Below are positions 15,073-28,009 of a stretch of 64,000 nt of DNA, piece by piece. The position numbers and the translations under genes were made by a program. The DNA is from Mytilus californianus (Eukaryota). The DNA is taken from positions 6,696,001-6,760,000 of the forward strand of contig NW_026262615.1 of the NCBI RefSeq assembly GCF_021869535.1, written 5' to 3'. The notes beneath the pieces are model-generated. The model was not told the DNA's origin, made no database searches, and saw only the letters and a program-made list of their open reading frames with translations. How positions within the stretch are numbered: the first letter of the stretch is position 1; each line of letters opens with the position of its first letter.

Positions 15073-15114
15073 CATCACTGAAGAGACATTAATTGTCGAA
15101 ATCCGGATATGGTG
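15073..15114 (+). ncRNA. Minimal type I hammerhead ribozyme (second direct repeat)
   Basis: Identical to 12597-12638 over the 42-nt motif. Confidence 0.8.
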
Positions 15115-15148
15115 TACAAGTTTGTGCACCTCATGTTTGCGGTATACT

Positions 15149-15480
15149 GGTAAGTTATTAAGGGAGGGATTTCGTTAAAATAAATTACTTTAAACATTCA
15201 CTAAATTCTTTCATAGATACAAAGATTTGATTAGTAAATTTGGCTGTTCCTGTAGAAAACTTATTACAAACGGTATTTCACATCCTAAATTTTACGGTAA
15301 TGTTGTACTAAAAGCGCGAAAATCACTATGTAATCCATGTAAACTCATCGAACCTTTAAACAAACTTATTAGTAAAGGTTATCTTATAAATGTTGTAATA
15401 AGATCTTTGAATATTGTTTACATTGGCACTGACATCGATTTTGTCATCAACGAATTAAAACATAACTAAATTTGTATTCC
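15149..15480 (+). mobile_element. 3' fragment of a second Penelope-like RT family
   Basis: KLLREGFR*NKLL*TFTKFFHRYKDLISKFGCSCRKLITNGISHPKFYGNVVLKARK resembles the C-terminal region of PLE RTs. Confidence 0.55.
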
Positions 15481-18400
15481 TTTCGAATGTTTTTTTTTAT
15501 GTATAAATACACATCCACGTTCATTTTTATGTTTAGAGATTACTTTATCTATACATAACATTATACAAATTTACTATGAGGTTATATCCTAACTATCCTG
15601 CTGCCTGTCGATACTTTTATTTTAGCATTGCACTAGTCATGACTTCTTTGACTGTCCATGGCGTTAAAACACTAGATCCCTTGGTTGTGTTTTAATTGAT
15701 TTTAGTCTCTTATGCATGATTGTTTAGTATTAATTGTGTTTGGCTTTAAACTAGCTTTCAGTAACTGCGAGTACTCTCAAATCGTACTTTCGTGTTAATT
15801 TGACATGTAGACATAATTTGTAATGCGTTTTTTTTTATTCAATGTTTACTTAGTTTGTGATATATTTCGTCTCACTATTTTTAAAATGTACCACCTTTGA
15901 TAAGTATTTAGTATGACGATAAATGTTCACTTCTGTACTCGTACTGTTAAAAACAAATGTATCTATTTTGTAAAAAATATTTCCGTACTCTTAACAACAA
16001 AATTATTATAGTTAAATTTACCTGTGTACGATATTTTATTTATCGCCATTTTGTCCTAGGTAAGAGTTGTCTTTTTGACATTGTTATTCATCTTTTTTAG
16101 TAATATTGTATTTATATTGTGTCATAGATCAAATGTACTCGTTCAGTGTATGTTTACTTGTTTTTGTTTATATGTCTTTTTTGATCGATTTAAATCATTT
16201 CAATTGATATTTTATAGTGTGTCTTTTTAAGTTGTAATGCTACACTACTGTTTCCTGTTAGGGTGAAGGTTGGCGCCTGTTAAAACATTTAAGCCAGTTG
16301 CATTTGTATGCACATTTGTTTGACACTAGTCATTTTGGAGCCCTTTCAGTTTACACAAAAACACTGTTGTGCTGAGGTCAAAAACAGCATATTGAACAGG
16401 GCATACAGCATGTTACAGCAAAATCCCCAATTTAACATTGTTCATGCAATAGTTGTTAATTGATAATTTAACAATTGTAGCCTTTGGTTGAAGTCCATAC
16501 GATGTTATATCGACCTAGAGAAGCTTATCGACCTCGGACCTCGTCCTTAGTCAATATACTTCTCTTAGGTCGATATCACCTCGTATCGATCTCATACAAA
16601 GGCTATAATTGTATAATCCAAAAAATGTTCTAGTTTGTTAATTTTATTGAATTTGATGGTTTGTTCTGCACTAGATAGGTAGACATTATATTATCTAGCT
16701 CTGTCAAATTTTAAATATGACCAGAGACATATATTAAAGCACATGTGTATATATGTCTCTGATATGACAATTGCGGGAAATCGATGTATAAAATGCTTGT
16801 AAAATCGCAAATATTGCAGTACGGTAATATTTTGTATTTCTCAGTTTAAATATAGTATAAAAAAGAGGGGGCTGATTGTTGTACCCACCAATTTCCCATT
16901 ATTTGACGTTTAATTATATATAAACCTTTTCAAATATTAAATGCGCAACCAAATCTTTGTTTCCTTGTTTGATTTTTGTAATTTATGTTTCCGAAGGCAG
17001 TTGATTGGATATCAGTTTAACGTAGGCCTGGCTTTTTCCACAGCTATCCTTTTAGACAAACTTGTGTTTTTATAGACACGTGCTATACTTCTCGTATAGG
17101 CTGAATAGAGAATAATTGGGAGAAAATAAGAATAGAGAAAAATGACATAAAAAATTAAAGAATACAGAAAAGAAGGACACCCCCTTTCCACACCCTCATT
17201 AGAGCGTTTTGATTACTTTAAATATAAAAATTATAATAAATTAGAGTTACATCGTGGAACGTCTTAACACTGATTTTTCTGTTTAAAAATTATCAAAGCA
17301 ATACTTATAAGTTTTTCTCGGCACGTTTAATACTTCAGAGAGAGTATGTCATGCGTGATCAATGCTTATTCGAGAATTTCTGGTCATGTTGGTCAATTTT
17401 ATCTAATAAAAAAGTTTTGAAGATGAATGTTAAATTTGATTGAAATCCGGATTTGACTTTTTTATGTATGTTGGCGTTTGTTTTTGTAGCAGTTCAGTGT
17501 TGTCTGTTGTTCCGTTATTGTCCCTCGGTGTTGGTTTGTGACCTGGATTTGTTTTCGCTTAATCGATTCATGACTATTGAACAGCGGTATACTATTGTTA
17601 ACTTTATTCAAGATTATTTTCAGCAGTGATATACAGTTTTGAAATGTTGAAGAAAACAAACCTTTTATTAAGGGATGCATAACTAGTATTTTTTTTTTTA
17701 AAAACCGAGGCGAAAGATACCAGAGGGACATTCAAACTCATAAGTCGAAAATAAACTGACAACGCCATGGCTAAAAAGAAAAAGACAAACACACAATAGT
17801 ACACAAAGCACAACATAGAAACTAGAGACTGAGCAACACGAAAAATTCAAGTGTTATAAGAATTAGGGCATCTTGTCAACAGTAATACACTAATGTTGCA
17901 TTGTTGATCTTAAAGATTAGAGGTGATGTGTGACTGTTATATACACATAGTGCAAGCTTGCTATAAACACACACAAACAGTGAGTTTCTTAGAAATATCA
18001 AAATATGTCAAACAATCAATTTTTTTGCAGACCTTGTTTAATATTTTTTTTTCTGAGACATAATATATATGTTAGTGTAATAGTCCCATGTTTTTCGTTT
18101 TGTTTATTTTAAATGAAGCCATTTGACAAATTTGACATATCTACATATAGTCAGGAGAAACTATTTTACGTGTCATTTCATTTGAATGCTAAAAAAGAGT
18201 AAAAGACAAGACCCTGATACCTCTCTTTGTTAACAAATAGGGGGGGGGGGGGTCGAGATAATCCCCCCCCCCCCAATCAAGGGTGATACAACACTTATCC
18301 TTTAATATAGATTATTCTTCGTAATAAATGATGATATTTCAATAACCTATTTGTACTTTATGCCATAATTTTACTTGGCCAGGAAAATATCAGCATTGTT

Positions 18401-18739
18401 TTCATTAGATTAATAGGTTAAAGTTTTTTGTGTAAATCAATTTATTTTTTAATTTCAGTTACTTTAAGTTTCGTTTTCTGTCGGTTTTGACCTATTCATT
18501 ATGTTTGATAAGTAAGAGTAAGATTTATTTTAAGATCTATATGAAAGCCTGCTGCTCATATCACAAAAAAATCTTACGAGAAAAAATACTCGTAAGTCAC
18601 AGAGCATTTCAGTGTAACTTCCGATCAATTTTTATCGTAATATTTTTGTGAAAAAATGAATTTCGGAATGCCTTTCATCATTGTTGAATAAATGGTAGTA
18701 AGAACTTTAGCAAGAAATTTAGTTGAACATCTTGACGAC

Positions 18740-20784
18740 CCGGTGTCATATGGTATTTTGAATCCCATTGAAAATTGACCCCGGGGTCAAAATACCGCTA
18801 TGGTAAATTGAATCCCCTCTGTATGGAAAATTGATGCCCCCCCCAATGGTAAATTGACCCCCATGTTATTTTTTTCCTTCTAAATAATTATTAGAACATG
18901 ATACGTTATTTTAAAGCTTATTGTAGATTGAAAATCAGACATACAAAAAAGGGAGGTCAATTTTCCATGGTAGGTAAAAAAAAACAAAACCACATGGCTT
19001 GGTATAAGTGCTCTGAAGTCTTTACCAACATAATTTCAATCAAAATAATATTGAAGCATCATAACTAGACTATGTAGCTTAAATGCTTTGATTATTTGAA
19101 ATCCTAACATATAAAGGAAGTTAAATTTTCCATGGTAAACAAGGGGGAGGGGGTCAAGTTTCCATGGCTCAGTAAAATAGTCAAACCATCTTTTTCAACA
19201 TGTTTTATATATACCATATATTTATTAGAGTATTAAAACTTTGAAAAGAAGTTTAAATGATTTGATTGTTGATATTGGAGATGTATAGACAAGAGGGTTC
19301 AATTTGCCATGGCAGGGGGTCAAAATACCATGGCTACGTAAAATTGTTAAAAAAATCTTTTCCAACATGTTTCATATATACCAAATACTAGTCACAGCAT
19401 TATAACTATGTAATATAGTTTGAATAGATATTTTTTTTTTGAAATTTAAGGTGTATAGGACGGGATTCAATATACCATGGCAGGGGGGTCAAAATACTAT
19501 GGATAGGTTAAAATTTTGAAACGTCTATTCCAGCAGGTTTAATAGATAACAAGTACTTATTGGAGTATTATTACTACATGTATGTAGGGGGTTCAATATA
19601 CCATGGCAGAGGGGCCAAAATACCATGACTAAGTACACATTTTAAAACATCTTTATAAGCATGTTTAATACACACCAACTACTTATTATTACTATATGTA
19701 AAAAAGTTAGAATAGCTATTATTCTTGCAAATGGAGGTATATAGCTTTTCTAACTCCCTAACATAGTAATAATACTACAATAAGTAGTTGGTATGTATTA
19801 AACATTCTTATAAAGATGTTTATAAAATTTTACTTAGCCATGGTTTTTTTACCTCTCAGCCGTGGTATATTGAACCCCCTCCTATACACCTCCAATTTAA
19901 AAAAATATAGCTTTTTAACTCCATTTCATAGTTATAATACTCCAATAAGTTGTTGGTATGTAATAAACATGCTTATAAAGATGTTTGAAAATTTTACTTA
20001 GTCATGGTATTTTGACCCCCCTGCCATGGTATATTGAACCCACTCCTATACACCTCCATTTTCAAGAATTATAGCTATTCTAACTCTTTTACATAAAAAT
20101 AATACTCTAATAAGTAGTTGGTATATATTAAACATGCTGGAAAAGATGTTTGAAAAATTTTACTTAGCCATAGTATTTCGACCCCCCCTGCCATAGTATA
20201 TTGAACCCCCTACTATGCACCTCCAATTTCAAATATTATAGCTATTTTAACTCCTTTACATAGTAATAATACTCCAATCAGTAATTGGTATGTATTAAAA
20301 ATGCCTATAAAGATGTTTGGAAAATTTTACTTAACCATAGTATTTTGACCCTCCAGCCATAGTATATTGAACCCCCTACTATACACCTCCAATTTCAAAT
20401 ATTATAACTAATTTAACCCCTCTTAATAGTAATTATACTCCAATCAGTAATTGGTATGTATTAAACATGGCTATAAAGATGTTTGGAAAATTTTACTTAA
20501 CCATAGTATTTCGACCCCCCTGCCATGGTATATTAAACCCCTTACTATACACCTCCAATTAAAAAAAAAACATAGCCAACATATTGTACATTTAAAAATC
20601 TGCAATGCTTTTGACTAAAACAGGAGGGTTCAATTTTTCAAGGTGGGGTTCAAAATAACATATGGGAAAAATTACCCCGGGGGTCAAAATACCATGCGGT
20701 ATAATGACCCCGGAGTCAATTTTCCATATGGTATTTTATCCCGGGTTCACTTTTCAGGGGGTTCAAAATACCTTATGACACCGG
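18740..20784. mobile_element. Foldback-like element with ~27-bp TIRs and inverted arms of ~170-bp tandem repeats
   Basis: Left end CCGGTGTCATATGGTATTTTGAATCCC; right end reverse-complements to CCGGTGTCATAAGGTATTTTGAACCCC. Units with GGGGGTCAAAATACCATGG at ~19310, 19480, 19600 switch to the reverse complement at ~19830, 20000, 20170, 20340, 20500. No TSD identified. Confidence 0.75.
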
Positions 20785-21364
20785 CTATATGCAGTTTTTT
20801 TAAAGGTTTTTTGGAAGTTTTTTACCCAATATTTGGACTGAGCTTTTTATAGTCCTTTTAATGTTAATACTAAAGGAGAGAAGGTCACGTTTTTCATTTA
20901 ATGAAATATTCCCCTTCGTGAATGATGATATTGCATACATTAGTTAGACGAGAGCAACATGTGGATGATTACCTGCTTATCCATCCTTTTTTTGCTTTTT
21001 GCAATGGCATTGTCACTTTGTTTTTCGACTTATGTGTTCGACTATCCTTTTGGTATCCTTTGCCTCTATTATACACTCAAAATAATGATGTTACCATATA
21101 AAAACAACAGTAAATGACTGTGTTGGCTGTAACATCAACACATTTGTCGTGAAGAGAGGATACAGCATGCACAATGGATTTTTTGAAAGGATTAAAAACC
21201 CATGTGCTCATTTTATTCGTAGAGTTTGAATCCCCTTCTGAATGCACGACTGAATAGCTCTGATCTATTCAGATAAAGTGTATAGTTTTGGTTCACTTGG
21301 GTCTCATTTTACCATCAACTACACCCATCAGTAATTTGGAGTTACTGAAAGTTGAAAATAAGTA

Positions 21365-22111
21365 TACCTCCTGGTTGTGAATTATATGTATTTGGTATTA
21401 TGAATCATTTGCCTTGATCATTCGATATTTATATGGCAAAAAAAATATGGAAACATGTACTATTAAATTTATACCCGCATTTATTGAGAAAAAAATCACA
21501 TATATCAATTATTCAAATACAAGTTGAAAATACCAATGAATATTCCCACAAAATATCACCAAAAAAATGTAACATGTAGCTAATGTATATCCCACAAAAT
21601 ATCATCAAACGATATAACAAAACGTTTATTCTCACACACTTTTACAAATTTAATGTCATACATATTATTAATAAACAGATGCAATGCTATAATAGGTGGT
21701 CCAATAAAACTCATCTAACCTAATAACTGAATTCAAGTTTACCTCCTGGTTGTGAATTATATGTATATGGTATTATGAATCATTTGCCTTGATCATTTGA
21801 TATTTATATGGAAAAAAAATATGGAAACATGTACTATTAAATTTATACCCGCATTTATGGAGAAAAAAATCACATATATCAATTATTCAAATACAAGTTG
21901 AAAATACCAATGAATATTCCCACAAAATATCACCAAAAAAATGTAACATGTAGCTAATGTATATCCCACAAAACACCCTCAAACGATATAACAAAACGTT
22001 TATTCTCACACACTTTTACAAATTTAATGTCATACATATTATTAATAAACAGATGCAATGCTATAATAGGTGGTCCAATAAAACTCATCTAACCTAATAA
22101 CTGAATTCAAG
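21365..22111. repeat. Near-perfect 375-bp tandem duplication
   Basis: CCTCCTGGTTGTGAATTATATG at 21367 and 21742; both copies end CTGAATTCAAG (21737, 22111). Confidence 0.92.
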
Positions 22112-22499
22112 ATTACAACATACAAGTAAGACTAAGTAAGTTTGCACTCGAGAGAAAATAAACCACACAGATTGTATCTAAGATATCGAAAGTTAAAATT
22201 TCAAACGAAAGCAAAGAATGACTTTTCCAACAATGATGATGATAAAATTCAAACCATGTTAGAATTGTCCCTCAGTTTTATATAAGAATGAAATCGATCC
22301 ACTTTGTTTTTATTTTTTCCAATCAAACTTGTCCCTTCTTTTTTGGTTCATGGCTTTCAATTTACGCAGTTTTTTTCCTGGAAGAAAAAGAATAAATAAA
22401 TGACCAGCCGCACTGTCTTACATGTGTGATATTTCGACTGAGTGTGGATTAACATGGTGGGTGATATATCAATGTCGTAATAAATTCAAAATTGGAAAA

Positions 22500-23170
22500 T
22501 AATATTAACTTCATTGACACAACAATAAACTGATGACAAAAAGATATGTCTCGCCTGTAGGCATAAAAGTCAGAAATAGACAATCTGATGGACAGTAACA
22601 TTGCTTATTATTTCAAAGTCATTTGACCATGATCTTGTGGGCAGGGCCTTTAAATGATCACTAACTTAGATGTACAGACAGTAATGTAACTATATAGACA
22701 ATATCATTGTCTATTGTAAGCAGTTCTTAGCAATCTAACTTCAGCAGAAAACTTAACATTGAAAATTCATAATTAATTCAAAGTCGCTGAACCATGACCT
22801 AAGGGCCAGGGCCTCAAAATAGTCGTCAAACAGATATGTACTGATAGTAATGCAACCTTATATTAAATATAATTGATCTATCACAAGTAGATCCTATCAA
22901 ACTATGTTAAGTAGAAAAGTTAACATTTAAAATTGTTAGTTCATTCAAAGTCGCAGAACCATGACCTAGGGACAGGACCTCAAAATGGCCGTCAAACTAA
23001 TATGTACTGATAGTAATGCAAGTTTGTATTAAATATCAATGATCTATCACAAGTAATTCCTTTCAAACTAACTTAGGCAGAAAACTTAACAATTGTTGAC
23101 GCCATCGTTGCCGTCGCCGGAAATGCAATCCCTATATTTCGCTTTCCGCGACTTTTATCACAGGCGAGAC
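22500..23170. repeat. Interspersed repeat with ~180-bp internal tandem units
   Basis: TTCAAAGTC...GACCATGA units at ~22615, 22780 and 22945; ends CAGGCGAGACAAAAA. Confidence 0.6.
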
Positions 23171-23180
23171 AAAAATTGTA

Positions 23181-24298
23181 TGCACTGGCTACGGTTACCC
23201 GCGAAAAGTAACAATAAAAAAAGATTATTTTTACTTCTGAGACTAATTCCTGAAATTTATTTCTGGAGAGGAATCCAATTTCATACGGAATCTGCAGGTA
23301 ACAATAAAATATTTTTTTATTGTTACCGGCAGTTATAGTTACTCACAAAATTTTACATTTGCAAATCATATTTTTTTTGTGTAGCATCTGGATACTTTGT
23401 ACGTCTTCCTGTCATTGCCCCGTATTCTTTGGTTAACATATTTGAAAAAAAAAATTGAATAGAAATTATTTAATGAACACAGCAACATTTATACATTTAT
23501 ACATAATAAGAAGTATTATAGCTATTTATTTTGGTGGCACTTCTGGCACATCGAGTATATAGCCTTAGTTGACACTTTGAGGCCAACACATCTTAGGTGG
23601 TACCCTGATACCTGTTGCAAACAATAGATTCATATATATGGAAATGAATACCACACACTAAGCAATTCCACTCTGCTGTGTTCTTCCTCTGCTATATCTG
23701 TTTTTTTTTTTGCATTTTCCATGACTCATTAGAAAAATATTCTATGATTCTATTGAGATTAATGTTTTCGTCGAGCAATTTCGTAGGAAATTTCTCAAAT
23801 GAAAGAAATTGTTCCTCTGGGGTTATAATCACAACTTCTTCTATATAATTGAACAGAATTTGCATCTTGGAATTGTTGAAGTTTATAATTAAAATTTTTA
23901 AAAGATATAAACTTTTCACTGACCACAAATTGGACAGTTTGCTCATTCGAGTAACGAATAGTGAGCTGCTTTAATCGACCACCCTATGGCAATAATAAAC
24001 GTCATATTGGTCAATTTATCTGGAAGTTTAATCATTTTTAATGTTACATCATAATTTAATTGTTTAAATTTATTTCCTAGATTGCTCGCAAATCAAACAT
24101 TTTTTTAGACCAGTGCCTACCTGAATATATTTTGCGGGTAATAATTACTGCAGGTAACAATAACACATTATATTATTGTTACCTGCAATTTCCGTATGAA
24201 ATCGGGTCCCACTTGGTAAAATATCTCGGCAAGCAGTATCAATAGTAACAATAATTATTTCTTATTGTTACTTTTTGCGGGTAACCGTAGCCAGTGCT
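23181..24298. mobile_element. Non-autonomous Mutator-like DNA transposon with long TIRs and a PHD-finger relic
   Basis: TIRs GCACTGGCTACGGTTACCCGC(G/A)AAAAGTAACAATAA, degenerate for ~150 bp; candidate 9-bp TSD AAAATTGTA / AACATTGTA; minus-strand relic EWNCLVCG...ESIVCNR / GYHLRCVGLK...MCQKC across a frameshift. Confidence 0.62.
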
Positions 24299-25729
24299 AA
24301 CATTGTATTAATGTCGACCATAACTTCTGGTTGTCATAATGAATGAAAAGATTATGGGGGAAATCTACCTGATTTATTGTCCAAATTGTCTACTGATTTG
24401 TTGTTGGATCCTTTGTTTGAGTGACGGCATGATTCTGTAAAAAGATATGAACAATATACAATCTCATTGACTCAAGATTTCGCTAAATACAGTGAGACTT
24501 TTATAGACCCATCTTGACTATCAGTAATTGTTTTATAAATAAAGGCAATAGTAGTATACCGCTGTTCAATAGTCATCAATCTATATAATAACTGAAACAA
24601 ATCCGAGTCACAAACCAAAACTGAGGGAAACACATCAACTATAAGAGGAAACAAAACGGAACAACAGAAACACTGGACTGCTACAAAAACAAACGCCAAC
24701 ATACATAGAAACGGACTATGTGATAACAACTGCCATATTCCTGACTTGGTACAGGACATTTTAAGAAAAAATTGTGGGTTGAACCTGGTTTTATGGCTAG
24801 CCAAACCTCCCGCATATATTGCAATGTTAAACATACCGCTAAAATGACAACATTACGTTACAGAAACACAGTACGAATAAATGCAAGAACTTTCAGAACA
24901 GAGAAATACGTAAATAAATAATTAAATAGTACATTTCAACATGCAAACCACAGAATAACAACAAACACCTAATGTCACATTAAACTTTTTTCTTATTTGG
25001 ATAGTAATGGCATATCCTTGAATTATTCTATTAAACCTATTAACAACTTAAACAAACTTAGAATGATAAATGCAAGCGTGAAATGTTGTATGGATACCTG
25101 TCTAGTAAGGAAGACTGAGTGTATGTTACCCTGTAGCTTTTTTGGTTTATTTTTGTTTTTTGGTTGGGAAAATAGATTTATAAATACTTTTCAGAATAAC
25201 AGTATCAATTTATCATGTTAGCAAAAATCAGCTTCAGCTTTGAAATAAAGATGTTTACCACCGGGTCGATGACCCAAGGGTATCACCACGCCAGTTATCA
25301 GCACTTTCATGTTGACATGATATATAAATAATTTGTTCATTTTCTGTCAATTCATGATTCAGGGGATTTAATGAAATAAGTGATTTTTAAATCACTCATT
25401 TGAGTAGCAAATTAGAAATTCTGTGATTTTGTAGTTTTGCCAAAAACACACAGGTTGAGATTATATCTAATTATTTGAAAAAAATAATAAAAAATACTGT
25501 TAGGTAGCATTGTTTACGCCTTCTATGCAATCATTCTTCTGTAAATTCTAAAATTGTTGAAAATAATGCTACAATGAAGGCTTTACATAATGATCTTATA
25601 CTTTCCAAACAGATTTTTCCCATGAGTGGGCGTATTTTTCTGTAAAATTCAAGGTTTCGGTTTTTAGATAATGTAATAAAATTTTACTGTTCGCTATAAA
25701 AAATTAACTGTTCGGGGATGTTGAAAATA

Positions 25730-25732
<3 letters not shown>

Positions 25733-25764
<32 letters not shown>
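25733..25764. repeat. (TG)n microsatellite
   Basis: Direct sequence. Confidence 0.9.
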
Positions 25765-25766
<2 letters not shown>

Positions 25767-26010
25767 TGGGGGAGGGGACAGTTAAGAAAACACAAGTATG
25801 ATATGAGTGATTTTCATGTCATTATCCCATTTTCAGTACAGGGTCATCATCTGACATGACAGATCATCCTATCAACACAGATGTTGTTTTTGATAAATTT
25901 AACATCATAATTAATTCCAGGATCATGAATATTATATATGTAAAGCTACTTAGCCTAGTGATTTAAATGTACTATTTAAATAGGTGATTGATAAAGAAGA
26001 CTACTCTTAC

Positions 26011-26036
26011 TTGCAGCATTTCTGGAGGAAATGTTA
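26011..26036 (-). CDS. Probable 26-bp micro-exon after TSP1
   Basis: CTTATTCAAG|TA ACA TTT CCT CCA GAA ATG CTG CAA|GTAAGA; phase 1 in (fits TSP1 exon), phase 0 out; (V)TFPPEMLQ. Supported by splice signals and frame only. Confidence 0.5.
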
Positions 26037-26209
26037 CTTGAATAAGTGATTTAAAGAAATATTATTGCCCTGACTGTTTATTGTTTTTGAAATGTTGAAA
26101 TTTTTGGAAACGCTAAGGTTTTTTGATTGCCTTAACCATATTTGGTACTTTACTTTTTTATTCCCTTTACCATGTATTTGATCTTAGCTCAAAACTGATT
26201 TCATTCAAA

Positions 26210-26251
26210 CGCTACAGATGAGTCTCACGTAGAAGAAACACGCGTATGGCG
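26210..26251 (+). ncRNA. Degenerate hammerhead motif in an intron of the LRR gene (opposite strand to the gene)
   Basis: CGCTA CAGATGA GTCT CACGT AGAA GAAAC ACGCGTA TGGCG; core U>A change and stem II mismatch, probably inactive. Confidence 0.55.
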
Positions 26252-26415
26252 AAAAAGCCTTACATCTTCAATGTTTTTTTTTTATTCTGACTTCACAGAA
26301 TATAATGATAGATTTAACAGGTTTTAATAAGTTCTAAAAAGAAGTGTTCCGCTCTGGTTAACAATTAAATTATAAGGTAATGTTGATTTTAATCTGATGT
26401 ATTTAAAGAATTTAC

Positions 26416-26574
26416 CTGGACATTTTCCTAAGTTGCAAAGTGATGTTTCAGTTCTGGAACCAACACATTTCAGTCCATCGTCAGACGGTGGGGGATTGTC
26501 ACATGTTCTGGTTTTCACTATCACACCATCTCCACAAGTAACAGAACATGAGGAGTTGAACCAAAGGCTCCATC
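26416..26574 (-). CDS. Thrombospondin type-1 repeat (TSP1) exon
   Basis: GWSLWFNSSCSVTCGDGVIVKTRTCDNPPPSDDGLKCVGSRTETSLCNLGKCP carries the WSxW, CSVTCG, RxC and CP motifs; 159 bp, phase 1-1, pyrimidine tract before AG, GTAAAT donor. Confidence 0.93.
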
Positions 26575-27559
26575 CTTCATTTAAAAAAGATGAAAACAAG
26601 AAGTTATCAATCTAATACTGTTGCAAAAATATTGAACAATTTTTCACTATTAGCAGTCAGTTTGGTTTAATTTTGTCATCATAAATTGAAAACCTCAATT
26701 TTGCATAAGTCATTCCCACAAAACAATCATTTGACCTCATTTGAATACTCATGCATGCATCATACTCATAATTTTACCTTTAACTTATTTAGGAATTATT
26801 AAGTTCATTAGTGAAAGATATTGGTCTTAAGCTTCTTCCCTTGTTTAACCTTTTCTTTTCTAGCAATCAAAGTCAGACTGCAGTCACACCACATGAAGTT
26901 TTGTAAGTTGGAAATAGGTTTTTGCATGGTATCAATCAAAAACGACAGTTAGCGCCAATTTGGATAACTTGAATTTACCGGAATTGACCTTTTTATTATG
27001 ATCAGCAGTAGTTATCCAATTTTCATTAATTTCATGTAGTGTAAATGTAACCTTATAGGTATAAAAAAACTAATCCTATCTTTCCTATATATCAAACATG
27101 TAAGGTATACTATATAGAAAAAAACAAACTGTGTTATTCAGTTGTTTAAGATTGTGTCTGCTAAAAAATGTAAGTCAAAAGTTACTTAATTTGGTCAATT
27201 AAAATTGTCGGTAAAGAGAATGAGGCTCTAGTCAAAACTCCAACTTAGTGTCTTACTGTTTTTCTCACCATCACAAGTGTGACTTAATAAAAAAAACTAA
27301 AACCAATTTAGCAACCAAATTTACAAAATTAATGACATACAGATATGGAATAAAAAATGGACATGAGGTATGTATCGAGAATGTTAAATGTTCAGGCACT
27401 TTCACAACAAATCTGAAAAAAGAAATGGAAGCATGTCTAAGATATTTATTTTTATTTCAGATAGTTGCTACAGTGGTCAAATTGGAAATGAATAGATTGC
27501 ATATACACAAAATATGAGTAAATTTCATCATTTATTAAGAAATCTTTTTAACTGCTTAC

Positions 27560-27714
27560 CTGGAATTATGCAGCCTGTCATGTTAAAATTGCGAATATCT
27601 ATGGTGGTATTCAAACCAGTACATGTTCCTATGTAAACAAGGTTTGTTTGATTTGATGCCCATTCTTTAAAATCAATCATGCGGCAGCATATGAATTGGT
27701 TTCTGTTCATATTC
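27560..27714 (-). CDS. LRR C-terminal cap (LRRCT)-like exon
   Basis: TTTAAG|G AAT ATG AAC AGA AAC CAA TTC ATA TGC TGC... = NMNRNQFICCRMIDFKEWASNQTNLVYIGTCTGLNTTIDIRNFNMTGCIIP(G), resembling NPFxCxC...FxxW...C...C. 155 bp, phase 2 in and phase 1 out (CCAG|GTAAG), consistent with both neighbours. Confidence 0.85.
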
Positions 27715-28009
27715 CTTAAATATTAAATTAATGTAAGGTTAATTTCTATGTCATGTACATATCCATGTGACTTCTGCTTTTTCACACTATTGCGAAACAA
27801 TTTGAAATCTCAAGGGGAAGAAATATATATAAGATACGGCAACAACATGGAATTATAGAAACAACGACAAAGTATCATGTTGTTTCTACAGATATTGGCA
27901 AAAAGAGATATAAATCATCAAATCAAAATAGGTAGAGCTTTTAATTAAACATTAAGCAAGGCATTTTATTACGTAAGAGGAACAACTGTCATACAAAACA
28001 AATGCTTAC

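Larger units (their letters stand above)
12423..15146 (+). mobile_element. Penelope-like retroelement relic bounded by ~248-bp direct repeats
   Basis: Direct repeats at 12423-12670 and 14900-15146, each containing a hammerhead motif; RT relic between them. Confidence 0.8.

Noticed and set aside
25790-25870. Terminal exon candidate (DDLSCQMMTLY*)
   Set aside because: Weak acceptor, no domain or anchor signal; cannot be supported without transcripts.
26397-26615. 72-aa plus-strand ORF
   Set aside because: Antisense to the TSP1 exon.
26860-26960. Possible second TSP1 exon (TSCGV)
   Set aside because: Flanked by stops; lacks WSxW and RxR motifs and clear splice sites.
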